A stretch of DNA of 64,000 nucleotides, taken from positions 512,001-576,000 of the forward strand of contig CAXXDQ010000003.1 of NCBI GenBank assembly GCA_963664325.2. Direction: 5' to 3'. The translations under genes were made by a program, and so were the position numbers. Below the pieces are notes generated by a model. That model did no database searches. It saw only the letters and a list, made by a program, of their open reading frames with translations, and was not told where the DNA came from. Origin of the DNA: Desulfomonilia bacterium. GTDB taxonomy: Bacteria; Desulfobacterota; Desulfomonilia; UBA1062. Shown piece after piece: positions 40,001-50,600 of the stretch (position 1 is the stretch's first letter; every line of letters begins with the position of its first letter).

Positions 40001-41628
40001 GATTGCGTCCTGAAATGGCTACCGAATATGTCGAACCGAGAAATGAGATAGAGGAAATAATTGCCAGGGCTTGGCAAGAAGTCCTCGGAATTGACAAAAT
40101 AGGTATATTTGACAACTTCTTTGATATAGGGGGAGATTCAATAGTAAGTCTTCAAGTCGTAAGCCGTCTGAACCGTAAAGGATTCAATCTTCAACCTAGA
40201 GATATCCTGCAATATCAGACAATCGCGGAACTCGGATCCGTTATTGTATTTACAAAAGGGATTGAAGCCGAACAGGGTGCTGTAACAGGCAGTTCAACTC
40301 TGACGCCTATTCAGCGCTGGTTCTTCTCGCAAAAACTTCATAATGAAAATCATTTCAATCAGGCATTGCTTTTTTCTTCCCAGTCAAGACTTGACGAGGA
40401 TGCACTTAAAAAAGCTTTCCAAGCTCTAATTGATCATCATGATGTATTGCGTTCGCGTTTTGTGGACAGCAGTATTCAGGAATTTATTGCTTTGGGAGAA
40501 GAAGTAGCATTCAGAGTTGTAACGCTTGAAAACGATGCGCTTATGGGTGAAGAGATACTGAAATTGCAGGCATCGCTGAATATAAATGAAGGTCCAATAT
40601 TCGCTGCCGGACTTCTTCATGCAAGTGCTGAAGACTATTTAGTTGTTGCCTGCCATCACCTTGTAGTTGATGGAGTATCATGGAGAATTTTGATGGAAGA
40701 TCTGATGACTGGCTACTTCCAGGTAATCGGAGGAGGTAATGTTGAACTACCTGAAAAATCGACATCATTCAAAGAGTGGGCAAACAAGCTTTCTGAATAT
40801 GCGCTTGAGAGTCAAGTAGCTGCAGAAGAAATATGGTGGAAGGGTATACTCAGTGATGAATTACCGCAAATCTCAATAGAGCAGGATTTAGGTCCGAATA
40901 ATATAGCATCTGTCTCTGCAGCAACAGTCGAGTTAAATGAAAAAGAAACATCACAACTTCTGAAAGAGGCACACCATGCATACAATACTGATGTAATCGA
41001 TCTCCTTATCGTTGCTTTGAGTGAATCGATATCATTATGGACGGGTTCTGACAAGGTTGCTTTTGTTCTTGAAGGGCATGGCCGGGAAAATGTTATTGAA
41101 GATATTGATGTTTCAAGGACCGTGGGCTGGTTTACAACCATGTATCCGGTTGTACTGAATGTATTTCCAGACATGAAAGATAAGATAAAGAATATCAAAG
41201 AGACACTTCACAGGATACCTCATAAAGGGTTTAATTATGGGATATTGAGATACCTTAATTCGATTGAACTGCCGTTCACCAGTGACATCAGCTTTAATTA
41301 CCTCGGGCAGTTATCAAATCCTACCTTTGACGGATTCAAACTCGCAACAACCGACGTATCAGGAATTATGGATGTAAGTAACTTGAGGGCCAATCTGATT
41401 GATATCGTAGCGATGGTCGTAAATGGAAAGCTCAGAGTTAACTTTATTTACAGCCAGAACAAGTTTACGATGTTCACAATCAATTCTCTAGCCATTTCAT
41501 TCAAGAAGAGATTGTCCGAAATAATAGCACATTGTATGGATCCATCAAATTTTGATGTCACGCCAAGCGATTTCGAGCTTATTGATCTTGGTCAGGAGCA
41601 ATTAGATAAATTGATAAATTTCGAATAA
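28036..41628 (+). CDS. NRPS-A: FAAL-FAAL-FAAL-T-C-A(Leu-like)-T-C-A(Ile/Val-like)-T-E
   Basis: Three QFSSGSTGD.KG / W.PYSHDMGLIG / YGMAE / RTGD.GF / PRT.S.KV domains. T motifs GGNSL, GGNSL, GGDSI; two C domains (HHIISDGWS); E domain HHLVVDGVSW; C-terminal TPSDF COM helix. Confidence 0.95.
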   Translation: MMEYIYSKDSISKGPELNILPYFANTLPELLKNAITVGVNKGIIFVEADGSETTLLYKDLLEEASRVLTGLRSNGMKAGDNVVIQVDNDRYFLLAFWGIVLGGGIPVPLAIPNSFPISEGSEKVASVCSLLRNAFIVTDQDPSGYRDVVSRAVLIVSDLADNEPDRNYNDPDPDDIAYVQFSSGSTGDAKGVILTHRNILVNIYAIIEASGNPEQLRIRDELLGKPLEATDIPYSTCSWLPYSHDMGLIGFHLTPMAGSIMQIKMSTTTFVINPTLNLLLIDKYRITQIPSPNFGLLWMLYMIKDESIKGIDLSCVDALFNGAEPISPMAVRLFIDRFRQYGFNPKSMFPVYGMAEASLLVTAPPRNSETLYHMLDRGSFTENHVAVDAKTDLPVIEFVDEGYPAMGMELRIVDSEDNVVNEGKVGHIQIKGPNVTSGYYKKEELNSELFCDGWLRTGDLGFLLNDRLTVTGRHKDVIFVNGQNYYSHDIEEELQQLPFVGFKNMAVCGVTDHDRGTENIVLFIKTKKSKESLIELLEKINKHLGVKIRVGIEAIVPMHDIPRTTSGKVQRFILREKYEAGGFRDREIKRLDQRISPYSDQRTERKHSNLSISKGPELNILPFFANTLPELLKNAITVGVNKGIIFVEADGSETILLYKDLLEEASRVLTGLRSNGMKAGDKVVIQVDNDRYFLLAFWGIVLGGGIPVPLAIPNSFPISEGSEKVASVCSLLRNAFIVTDQDPSGYRDVVSRAVLIVSDLADNEPDRNYNDPDPDDIAYVQFSSGSTGDAKGVILTHRNILVNLYAIVEASGNPEQLRIRDELLGKPLEATDIPYSTCSWLPYSHDMGLIGFHLTPMAGSMLQIKMSTTTFVINPTLNLLLIDKYRITQIPSPNFGLLWMLYMIKDESIKGIDLSCIDILFNGAEPISPMAVRLFIDRFRQYGFNPKSMFPVYGMAEASLMITAPPRNTETVYHLLDRESFSKKHIAVNAKEDLPAIEFVDEGYPAMGMEIRIVDDDDDVVKEGTVGHIQIKGPNVTSGYYKKEELNSELFCDEWLRTGDLGFLLKGRLTVTGRFKDVIFVNGQNYYSHDLEEELQQLPFVGFKNMAVCGVTDHDKGSESIVLFIKTKKPKENLIELLEKINKHLGAKIRVGIEAIVPMHDIPRTTSGKVQRFILRERYEAGDFRDREVRRLDQRIYPENDRKIEHEIIKKEEVHYKTKDIDLKGLLSDMPYALAESNVHQFLPHIVKNLPQVLRIASLIAPDSGILHVDEYGNENLQTYSELMNSAERVLGGLRAKGYKSGDQAILQIEQSRNFLSAFWGIILGGIIPVPLPIPGSFPISEGMERITKVCEVLDRFCIITDQPAQNYRSLGNVDLLEVKELLEFAPDGNHHNPKPDDIAYLQFSSGSTGDPKGVMLSHFNLVYTIDASAKCVFDVRGNDIRPTLGYGIHILKHKLSMNDRLGSIAKFISWVSKGSLGKNIRSSKIGNDILDTLLIFSGNKISAYTDMRFNEIKIVNWMPYSHDMGLIGFHLAPTMGGMDQVKLEPKTFVHSPALFLKLIDKYRATHVPCPNFAVQWLTTQVNEDDIKGIDLSCIKCLGNGSEPISPSVSRNFIQKYEKFGFDERAMFMSYGMAEASLQVTAPPVFTKPVFHKVHKDVFIKDQIILPVSSDEDSIEITDLGAPVAGMKIRIVDDNDNLVHENTVGHIQLQGSNVVSGYYKNDAANKDLFCGPWLRTGDMGFMKNGRITLTGRRKDIIFVNGQNLYAHDIEEQVRRVPGMAFREFAITGLRHLDSDSEKVILFINTTESITSLSSLLSRLNENLVSSIGIKIDFIVPVHEIPRTPSAKVKRYSLRDKFEKGMYETVISLNDIVGHLSASKDEKGFELTGVEHRIIEIWRDVLGVDSISKIDNFFDLGGNSLRATKVTSRIREEFGIELGLKAVFESQTVEALAKVVESLTRKEPEDFSKIKPLEKAQNYELSHAQKRLWLLDKVVPDSPFYNIPGAVLIDGIELDLALLEKSLQAVTDRHETLRTVFRTINDEPVQVVNESYKIEMPIYDLTHEVDKHEKLQAIISEEKIRPFDLESGPLFRTMIIKLSATSNVFMTVMHHIISDGWSMALLVQEVIGNYLGFSSKNSSPYPELAIQYRDFAFWQNRLLEGDGIKEQEKYWLENLSGALPVLNLPTDRPRPTIQTQRAGTARIKIDQKTLKGIKELARKEDVTMFMMTLALFDVMLSKLSGQEDIIIGSPIAGRNNTQIEPLIGFFVNVLPMRINLSGNPNLSELLRRVKEMSIGAYANQEYPFDRLVEVINPVRDLSRTPIFDITFEYREASANPFAGISGISIKDVTGDDPNSRFDMSVTGYEEADGITMRFEYNADLYERSTIERFMDYYKNIINDVIKNPQKTISEIAILGEIEKKRVLLDFNNTSKEYPEAKCIHSIISERANEFKDKVALISRDREISYSEMERLSGNLAVYLMSHGIGKGDTVCILSERCPELIMAEIGIWKTGAMFVPVDPDYPTERIRYMIEDSGAKMFLTTSEMLQYAPKGEIELALINTDSKVWESDSIMDKYNQDPDSIAYVIYTSGSTGRPKGVKIRHRNLANFIHLNLDLYGINYQDRSSNLAGVAFDASAWEIWPYLCAGAIIVCLDKNLGKMMPEDLAEWFSKYNITRSFIPTKFAEIFVSEHFEGLTLKTLFTGGDRLSFVHSGGSYELINAYGPTETTVIASACDVTHWDNTRGVPPIGKPLPNIKIYILDKYLNPVPVGVTGQIYIGGAGVGAGYVNDPEKTKQVFIPDPFTEGAELIYATGDLARWLPDGNIDFIGRNDFQVEIRGYRVELGEIETVLSSYTGIKECVVIDKKDDEGQIRLVGFYVSDFVLNENEIKDYLREHLPPYLIPSRIIYLEAFPLTSNGKLDRTALSSMIDVTVDALREFIEPSTQTEKELEAFWRVSLGVEKISVNDNFFDIGGNSLRATRIVSWAREKYRIELPLKAIFENQTLGQLASEIDNIKSFGLKSVLPAIENIIPAEYYEVSHAQKRLWYIDKIVPNSPFYNIPGAVLIENTPIDLELLKEAFQAVVDRHESLRTTIVTINEKPFQKISDKMDLDIEIFDYRNSNEKDVKLRELIEKEKTKPFSIENGPLLRISVVRLTELSNALILNMHHIISDGWSMGILVREAFANYIALAQGKSSPFEELKIQYKDFADWQNKLLEGEEIKEQEKFWVDKLSGELPVLNMPTDRVRPAVQTQNGAVKRCNLSLDESVMLRNSAKDLNITPFMLTLSMFLVFLNRITAQEDIIVGTPVANRNNAQIEPLIGFFVNMLPIRVDISGNPSFSEFAKIVKQTCIMAYAHQDYPFDKLVEAINPARDLSRNPIFDVAFDFHEISANPIASVNLGGMKLKDITGDDTTSKFDFLVTGYESDEGVTFTFGYNTDLFNDNTVERLITYFKNLLEDVIVSPNKKLSEFSLIDDHETNRILYGFNDTVREYDKEKPVHVLFEEIAKRFPDKEALVFENKSMSYRDLNERSNRIAKYLRDNGVEKGTCVAVMVKRSFDMLVAVLGILKAGGAYVPIESEYPMERIQYMLTDIKTPVVVVNESLIGSLKGYEGHVLCLERFWDDFTSEGNSDLPNVNTCDDLAYIIYTSGSAGTPKGVMVPHVGITRLVKNTNYAEITDADRFLQVATIAFDAATMEFWGPLLNGGTLFLVSSEDSVNPDRIGELIIKHDISILFITTVMFNQLVDIRPDALANLKSLLTGGEMQSITHMRKAFSQVRPGVLTHVYGPTENTTYSTYYKVTAIPEDITGVPIGYPLANSTAYILDKYHNPVPIGIPGEIYVGGLGLAKGYLNDPEKTSGVFIPNPLAGVSENILYKTGDIGKWLPDGAIEIMGRIDQQVKIRGHRIELGEIETTIRKHELVRDTIVVVKDMGLNSKMLLAYYASDKEIPTDVFRTFLRESLPDYMVPNIFIRLDSLPLKKSGKVDKAALPEPKGLRPEMATEYVEPRNEIEEIIARAWQEVLGIDKIGIFDNFFDIGGDSIVSLQVVSRLNRKGFNLQPRDILQYQTIAELGSVIVFTKGIEAEQGAVTGSSTLTPIQRWFFSQKLHNENHFNQALLFSSQSRLDEDALKKAFQALIDHHDVLRSRFVDSSIQEFIALGEEVAFRVVTLENDALMGEEILKLQASLNINEGPIFAAGLLHASAEDYLVVACHHLVVDGVSWRILMEDLMTGYFQVIGGGNVELPEKSTSFKEWANKLSEYALESQVAAEEIWWKGILSDELPQISIEQDLGPNNIASVSAATVELNEKETSQLLKEAHHAYNTDVIDLLIVALSESISLWTGSDKVAFVLEGHGRENVIEDIDVSRTVGWFTTMYPVVLNVFPDMKDKIKNIKETLHRIPHKGFNYGILRYLNSIELPFTSDISFNYLGQLSNPTFDGFKLATTDVSGIMDVSNLRANLIDIVAMVVNGKLRVNFIYSQNKFTMFTINSLAISFKKRLSEIIAHCMDPSNFDVTPSDFELIDLGQEQLDKLINFE
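28062..31623 (+). repeat. 1803-bp-period tandem duplication encoding FAAL1 and FAAL2
   Basis: ATCAGCAAAGGGCCTGAAC at 28066 and 29869. The antisense ORFs 28203/30006 and 28788/30591 recur at the same 1803 offset. Near-identical over the first ~1 kb, with diverged patches afterwards. Confidence 0.95.
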
Positions 41629-41635
41629 GGAGTTC

Positions 41636-44600
41636 ATGATGTCATATTTGACAAAGCAGAATATTGCCGACATTTATCCTCTGTCCCCGATGCAGCAGGG
41701 AATGCTTTTCCATACCCTTTATGACCAAGACTCACCTGCATATTTCGAACAGTTCTTCTGTATCATTGAAGGAGAGCTTGTATATAAACATATAGAAAGT
41801 GCCTGGAACCACCTTATCGATGAACATCCGGTTTTCAGGACTGTTTTTAATTATAAGGAATTGAGCCAGCCTGTTCAGATTGTTTTGAAGAAAAGACCAA
41901 TTAACATTAATGTGTACGATTTTAAAGATTACAGCGGTGAGGAACAGAAAAAGAAGATTGATGAATTTATGGAAGCTGACAGGTCGGAACGTTTTGACCT
42001 GTCAAAAGGTCCCCTCCTTCGAATAAATATATTCGAACTTGCCGCAGGCAAAATTTTCTTTCTCTGGAGCTATCACCATATTCTGCTTGACGGATGGTGC
42101 CTTGGCCTTATCCTTATCGATTTTTTTACAACATATCTGGCTTTAAAAGATAACAAGCCATTACCCCACTTCAGCAGGCCCCCGTTCAAGAACTATATTG
42201 CATGGCTGAATAAACAGGACAAAGAAAAACCGAAGGCATTTTGGACTGAACTTCTTAAAGGATTTAGTGCGACCACGCCGCTTCCCTGGGATTTTACCCC
42301 TAAAGATCGCAAATTGAAGGCGGACAAAAGAGAAATCACACTTAACAGTGAAGCTACAAAAAAAATAGAAGAATTTGCTCGTATGCAAAGGATTACATTG
42401 AGTACACTTTTGCAAGCCGCATGGGGTGTATTACTTGGAAGGTACAGCGGAAATGATGATGTCGTATTCGGTGCTACGGTTTCCGGAAGGCCTGCAACTT
42501 TGCCCGGGGCCGATCAGATGGTCGGAATATTCATTAATAGCCTGCCTCTTAGGGTTAAACTTGGCGGTATCGTTGAGGACATGCTTAGAAACCTTCAGGA
42601 TCAGTCTTCAAAAGTCCAGGAATACGGGTATTCATTTCTTCCCGATGTTAAGGCGGCAAGTCAGGTTTCAATAAAAGACTCTCTTTTCGACAGCCTTGTC
42701 GTGTTTGAGAATTACCCCATTGACCCCAAGCTGCTGACGGCTACGGAAGGAATAAAGGTATCGGAAATAAGCGGGTTTGAGCTTACAAACTTTGATTTAT
42801 GCCTGGTTGTTGCACCTGGCGAGGAAATGAAACTTTCCCTTACCTATATGATTGACCGTTTCCGCCCTGAAACAATAGATAAGATGCTGAAGCATCTCTC
42901 GAACATACTTACAAGCATGTCGGATAATCCGCGCATTCAGGTATCGAAAATAAAGATGTTGGATGATAAGGGAAAGAGACATGCTGTTGAAAAGCTTTAA
43001 TGATACAAGCGTACCTTTCCCTGACAGGAAATGCATACAGGAATTTATAGAAGATACGGTTGATAAATATCCGGAACGCATTGCTGTCAGTAGTTTTTAA
43101 CGGCAGTCTTACATACAAAGAACTTGATGAACGTTCAAATTCACTGGCACATTATCTGAAAGAAAAGGGAGTAGGACCGGGGGAAAACAGCCGGTATATT
43201 CATTGACCGTTCGATTGATATGATCGTTGCTGTACTAGGGATAATAAAAGCTGGTGGCGCATATGTACCACTTGAAACTGAATATCCCAAGGCAAGGCTT
43301 GAATACATGTTGTTTGACTGTGATGCGGGTATAATAATAACCCATTCTTCATTAAGTGGCAGGCTCCCTTCATACGGTGGAGAAATCCTTAATCTGGATG
43401 AGTCGAGAAAAGAGATATCCGACAGACCTAAAACAAGGCCATCTCTTGTTAACAAGAGCTCAGATCTTGTTTATTTGATTTATACATCGGGATCAACCGG
43501 AAACCCCAAAGGTATTCAGATTGAACATCGCGGACTTGTTAATTATATTATATGGGCTCTCGATTATTACAAGGCGTATGATCACGGGTCATTTCCATTG
43601 TATACGTCAATGTCTTTCGACCTTACAGTTACAAGCATGTTCGTACCTCTTATTGCCGGTGCATGTATTAATATTATGCAACCGGGCTTGGACCCGACAA
43701 CACTGGTTGAAAAGGTGATAACTAGTGAAATCGACATCGCCAAGCTTACCCCTGCCCATCTGGAAATTGCAGATAAGCTTACAGCCTCGGGTGTTAAAAT
43801 GAACCCAAGACTGAAACGTATGATCTTAGGCGGTGAAGCACTTTCAGCAAAGACATCCCGTTCGATGCAGGAAAGGTTTCCAGGTCTTATAATCGACAAC
43901 GAATATGGACCGGCAGAGACGGTAGTCGGTTGCATTGTGTATACATTTGAAAACCTGCCTGAAGAATTAGCATCTGTGCCCATAGGCAAACCGATTGCTA
44001 ATACGATAATTTATTTACTTGATAAAGATATGGAATTAGTTCCTGTCGGTGTTCCCGGTGAGATATACATTTCAAGCCCCGGGGTTGCAAGGGGTTATTT
44101 AAACAATGATGATGTGACGGCAAGGAGTTTTCTACCGAATCCATTCATTGAGGGTGACAAGATTTACCGTACAGGTGATCTTGGTCGCTGGAGGTATGAT
44201 GGGGTAATGGAATACCTCGGAAGGGTGGATTATCAGATAAAAATTCGGGGATACAGAATAGAGCTTGGTGAGATTGAATCAGCATTGCTAAAGCATCCGT
44301 CAATCCATGATTGTGTGGTGACTGATAAAACCAGGTCAGGGGACGACAGATATATTGCAGGATACTATGTTTCTGATACTGAATTGGATGAAACCGAATT
44401 AAAAGATTTTCTCAAGGGTTTTCTTCCCGAATACATGGTGCCTTCCTATATCGTAAGGCTTGAATCGTTGCCGCTTTCTCCAAACGGCAAGGTAGACCGC
44501 AATGCCCTTCCTGATATTGATGCATGGCAAATCAGGGTCTCAGCTGAATATGTTGCACCGAGAAATGATGTTGAGGAAAAAATAGCCGTTATTTTCCGGG

Positions 44601-47600
44601 ATATCCTGGGTATTCCAAAAATTGGAGTTTATGACAATTTCTTTGAACTTGGGGGGCATTCCTTAAAGGCTACTCAGGCAGTTTTCAGGATACGAAAAGA
44701 GCTCGGAATAGACATGCCGTTAAGGACCATATTCGATGAACCAACTATTGATAAGATTGCACATGCAGCTGGTGTATCTTCACATTTGCGGCCGATAGAA
44801 ATCCTTGAAGAAGCACCAAGTTATGTTTTATCCCAGGCACAACAGAGGTTGTGGTTCCTTGACAGGCTGATTCCGGATTCTGCATCATACAATATTCACG
44901 GTGATGTCCTTCTTGAGGGAAAACTGGATATCGATGCTGTAACAAGAGCTTTGCAGCTGATTGTTGACAGGCATGAAAGCCTTCGGACAACTTTCAGCTT
45001 ACAAGATGACATGCCTGTCCAGATAATTGCAAAGAACCTGGAAGTCATACTTCCCGTTGAGGATGTTAATGAGAATGATCTTGATGGAATATTAAAATCG
45101 GAGCCCTGCATTCCTTTCAAGCTTGATACAGGTCCTCTGTTCAGGCTCAGACTCTTAAGGCTTGCAGCACAGAAGCATATCCTGATGCTAACAATGCATC
45201 ATATCATATCAGACGGCTGGTCCATGGGGATATTGATGAGAGAAGCTGCTGCCGCCTACTCGGCATATGCCAGAGGTGGAAAGCCTGAATTGCCTAATTT
45301 AAGGGTTCAATACAAGGATTTTGCTATCTGGCAGAATTCTCTACTTGATGACGGATCACTTAGGTCACAAGAAACATACTGGCTTGACCGGTTAAAGTCT
45401 CCTCTGCCGATGCTTGATCTTCCAACAGACAGACCAAGGCCGCCAATACAGACGACATCTGGAGCTACATTCCGGTTTAAAGGAGACCCAGAGCTTAATA
45501 AAAAAATTCGTGAACTGCTCAATGAGCGCGATATAACCCTGAATATGCTTTTGCTTTCAGCATATGCAACTATGCTGAATAGGCTTTCAAATCAGGAAGA
45601 TATCATTGTCGGTTCCCCAATTGCCGGGAGGAATCATCCTGATTTGGAAAACATTATCGGATTCTTTGTAAATATGATAGCGCTGAGGCTGGATTTCTCC
45701 CGGGACATTTCAGCATCCGAACTCCTCAAACAGGTTAAACAGGTGTGCCTCGATGCATACTCAAATCAGGAATACCCGTTTAACAAAATAATAGATATGA
45801 TCAACCCTATAAGGGATACCAGCCGTTCACCAATCTTCAATACTATGTTTGTCCTTCAGAACGCCTCGGAAACAGTAACTGAAGCAAGAGTCGGGGATAT
45901 GCTGTTCAAAGATATCACAAAAGAAATGGGCATATCAAAGTTTGACCTGACCCTTTATGCCTTCGAGGCATCAGACTCCATCGACTACTTTTTTGAATAC
46001 AACACCGACCTTTTTAACAGCGATACTGTCGAAAGGTTTGCAGGTCACTTTTCAAATATCTTGAGGCAGATGGTCATGGAAACAGAAAAACCTCTTTCTT
46101 CATATCATGTAATGAGCAGGGAAGAGGAAAAACTCGTGATAGAGGTTTTTAACGACACGGATGTCAGTTATCCAAATGAGAAATGCGTCTTTCAGTTTTT
46201 TGAAGAACAGTCAGAAAAAACACCTGATAGAATTGCGGTAACATTTGCTGACCAAAGCCTCACTTATAAAGTGCTTAATGAAAAGACGAACCAGCTTGCT
46301 CGATACCTGAGGGAGGTTGGAGTCAAGGCCGAGACAATGGTAACCATCATGGTTGAACGCTCAATTGAGATGGAAATTGCCCTCATCGGGATTCTTAAGG
46401 CCGGCGGGGCGTATGTTCCTATCGGTACGGAATATCCCGATGCGAGAATAGATTATATATTGGAAGATACAAATTCTCCGGTTGTCTTAACCCAGAAAAA
46501 ATATGCTGAAAAATTTGCCGGTAAGGACATAAAAATCATTTGTCTAGATTCCAATTGGCCAGATATTGCAGAAAAGGACGTTGCGAACCTTGAGCCTCTA
46601 AGCGGTGCTGATAATTTGGCTTATGTACTTTATACATCAGGCTCAACTGGTGTTCCCAAAGGGGTTGCATGTATTCACAAGGGACTGACGAATCGTCTTG
46701 TCTGGATGCAATCTGCATACGAGTTGGGAGAAGACGATGTTGTTCTTCAGAAGACGCCATATACATTTGATGTCTCGGGATGGGAGTTTCACTGGCCGAT
46801 GATGTTTGGTGCAAGACTTCATTTCCTGAGGCCTGGTGGTGAAAAAGATCCGCTTCATATCCTGGAAGTCATTAATGAGCGCAAGATTACAACACTTCAT
46901 TTTGTCCCTTCAATGCTTGGAGTATTTCTTCAAGTGCTGGATGAGGAAAACAGCAAAACGTTAACATCATTGAGAAGGGTTATATGTTCGGGCGAAGCCC
47001 TGATGGGTTATCACCGTGACTTGTTCTTCAGATACTTGAACTGTGAACTTCACAACTTGTACGGGCCTACCGAGGCTTCAATAGACGTCACTTGGTATGA
47101 ATGCAAAAGAGAAGACACCTCAAGTACTGTACCAATAGGAAAGCCGATTGCCAACACAAGGATTTACATACTTGACAGGAATCTGAGCCCTGTTCCCGTA
47201 GGTGTTGCCGGAGAGGTTTACCTGGCTGGCATACAGCTTGCCCGCGGATATGTAAACAAACCAGAAAAAACAGCTGAAGCCTTCGTAACATTTTCGATAT
47301 TCAAAGACACAAGGCTATACAAGACGGGTGACCTTGGGCGATGGATGACTGATGGCAACATTGACTATCTTGGTAGGATAGACCATCAGGTCAAGATAAG
47401 GGGAAACCGTATCGAGCTAGGTGAGGTGGAATCAGCACTTTCAAAATTTGAGGGGATACATGACTGTGTCGTCATTGATTATGATGACCCTACCGGCAAG
47501 TATCTTGTAGGCTATTACGTATCAGATGCGGAAATTCCGGTAGGTGACTTAAGGACATTCCTTATTGATGCACTCCCTGAATATATGGTGCCCACACGAT

Positions 47601-50600
47601 TTATGTGGCTAGAGAGTCTGCCTTTAAGTCCCAACGGCAAGGTGGATAGGAATTCTCTTCCAAGGGTTGAAAATGTAAGATCTGAAACTGCCGGCGAATA
47701 TGTTGAACCGAGGAATGAAACCGAAAGAGCAATTGCTGAAATATTCAAGTCTGTTCTTGTGGTTGACAAGGTGGGAGTAAAGGATAATTTCTTTGACCTG
47801 GGTGGCCATTCACTCAGGGCAACTCAAGTGATATCAAGGATAAAAAAGGAACTGGGAATAGAGATACCATTAAGGATTATTTTCGAAACTCCAACAGTAG
47901 AAGGGCTCGCCGGGGCAACAGTTTCAGGTTCTGAAATGGGGGATATCCCCAAGCTCGCAGATGCTCCATCCTATCCGCTTTCCCATGCACAAAAGAGGCT
48001 CTGGTTTCTTGACCAGATGATACCAGGATCGCCTGCATACAACATGCCTCTGCCTTTTTTCATCGAAGGATATCTTGATGAAAGCCTAATGGAAAAAGCT
48101 CTGCAGTCTGTTGTTGACAGGCATGAAACACTCAGAACCACATTTATCAATACGGAAGCTGGTCCTTCCCAGGTTGTTGCGGAAAAACTGAATGTTGTTC
48201 TGAAAATCCAGGATGCCTCACAGCTTGATGAATCCGCCATGTTGAAGATCGCGGGAGATGAGGCAATGACTCCATTTGATCTTGCGAATGGGCCTCTTTT
48301 CAGAGCCAGGGTATTTAAGATGGCCGGTGACAAGTATCTGTTTATTCTAACCCTTCACCATATAATATCTGACGGATGGTCACTTGAAATACTTATTAAT
48401 GAACTCATCTCAACTTATACTGCATATTCGGCAGGTAAAGAACCGGATTTCGAGGAACTCAAAATCCAGTACAGGGACTATGCTTCATGGCAGAACTCTT
48501 TACTGAAAGAGGGTAAACTCAGTTTTCAGGAGGATTACTGGAAATCCAAACTCGGAGGAGTCCTTCCGGTAACAGACCTTCCGGCCGACCGGTCAAGGCC
48601 TGCCGTGGCAACTACGAATGGCGCACTGTATGCACTCGGAATTGACAGCAGCACAACTTCATTGCTCAAAGAAATGGCCAAAAAACATGATGTAACGCTT
48701 TACATGCTGATTCTTGCAATACTTGATGCCTATCTTGTCCGTGCAACCGGATCTGAAGATATCATTGTGGGTACGGCCATCGCAGGCAGGAACAACCATG
48801 ATGTTGAAGGGCTTATAGGCTTCTTTATAAATTCGCTGGCGCTCAGAACCGACCTCAGCGGGGATCCTGAATTTTCAAATGTGCTGACAAGTGTGAAGAA
48901 GACCTGCATCGAGGCTTATGCAAACCAGGACTATCCTTTTGACAGGTTGATAGACAAGATTGGGGCGGTTAGAGACACAAGCCGTACACCTGTTTTTACT
49001 ATCATGCTCGTTATGCAGGACGTTTCGAATCTTATGAATGTAGGTTCCAGAGACGCCGTAAGATTCAAACCCGTTGAAGGCCTTTTGAAGCAGAGCAAGT
49101 TTGACCTGACTCTTTTTGCAATAGATACTGGGAAAAATCTTGAACTCAGATTTGAATATAACACCGACCTCTTTGATGCTTCGACAATCGAGAGATACGC
49201 CGGCCATATAAGGAATATCCTTGAAGATGTAATCAGGAATCCTGAGAGGCGCATATCAGAACTTGAACTTTTATCTCATGAAGAAAAACAGCAAGTTCTT
49301 TATGGATTCAATGATACATCTTCTGAGTATCCAAGGGATGCAACAATTGTAGGCCTGTTTGAGGAAACTATATCCAGGCTCCCTAATCATCCTGCCGTAG
49401 CATTTGAAGACAGGGTATATACGTTCTCCGAGCTGAACTGCCGCGCAAACAAGCTTTCAAGAGCCTTAACCGATTGCGGGGTGAAAACAGGAACACTTGT
49501 GGGGCTTATGATAGGGACACCAATGGAAACAATTCTGGGGATTATGGCCATCTTGAAGGCCGGTGGCGCATATATGCCAATCGATTCCGAATTTCCGGAA
49601 AGCCGTATCAGTTTCATGCTTGAAGACAGCTGTACCCCGGTGGTCATTACCAGGAAAGAGCTTCGGGGAAAGCTTCCACGTAACCAGAAAACCATATGCA
49701 TTGACAGCGACTGGAAGAAGATAGACAAGCAGGATGGCGGAAATCCCTTAACCGCTGTAACTGCCGATGACACAGCATATGCGATCTACACCTCGGGCTC
49801 GACAGGAAAACCAAAAGGATCTCTTATACCCCACCGGGGAGTTGTGAACCTGGTGTTTGCCCTGAAAAAGATACTCTATTCATATTACGACGGACCGCTC
49901 AATGTGGCGCAGCTCGCTTCATTCAGCTTCGACGCCTCTGTCCAGCAGATATTCGCCAGCCTTCTTCTTGGTAACACCCTGTTCCCCATTCCGGCTTCTA
50001 TGAAACGAGATATGGGTCAGTTAATCCCTTATATCCTGGACAAGGAGATCGATGTAATCGACGGTACGCCTTCTCTATGGGAGGTTCTTGTCGCGAACGG
50101 CCTCATGGAGGAACACCGCCTTAAACTGAAGCATGTGATTATAGGCGGGGAACCATTGCCGTTATCGCTTGTTGAGGGGTATCATGCTGGAAGTTACGGC
50201 AAACAGACCCGCTGGACAAACGTTTATGGTGTCACGGAAAGCAGTGTCGATTCGACTTACTGCCTCGCCGACGTCAACAGGCTTGCAGGAAGAGTCAGTG
50301 TTCCGATCGGTGCGCCCATAATAAACACCTGGATATATATTCTGGATAAGAACATGAACCCGGTGCCTGTTGGCATTACCGGAGAGCTCTACATAGGGGG
50401 GGACGGGCTGGCAAAGGGTTACCTCAATAATCCCGAACGCACGGCACTCAATTTCATCCCCGACCCATTCAAGCCCGGTGAGCTTATCTACAAAACCGGT
50501 GATATCGGCAAGTGGCTGCCAGACGGGAATATAGATTTCCTTGGCAGGATCGACTTCCAGGTCAAGATCCGTGGTTTCAGGATCGAGCTGGGTGAAATCG

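Noticed and set aside
43220-44800. Colibactin-type N-acyl-D-Asn prodrug motif
   Set aside because: The Asn module is third, not first. Its T domain is GGHSL and is followed by a C domain, not an E domain.
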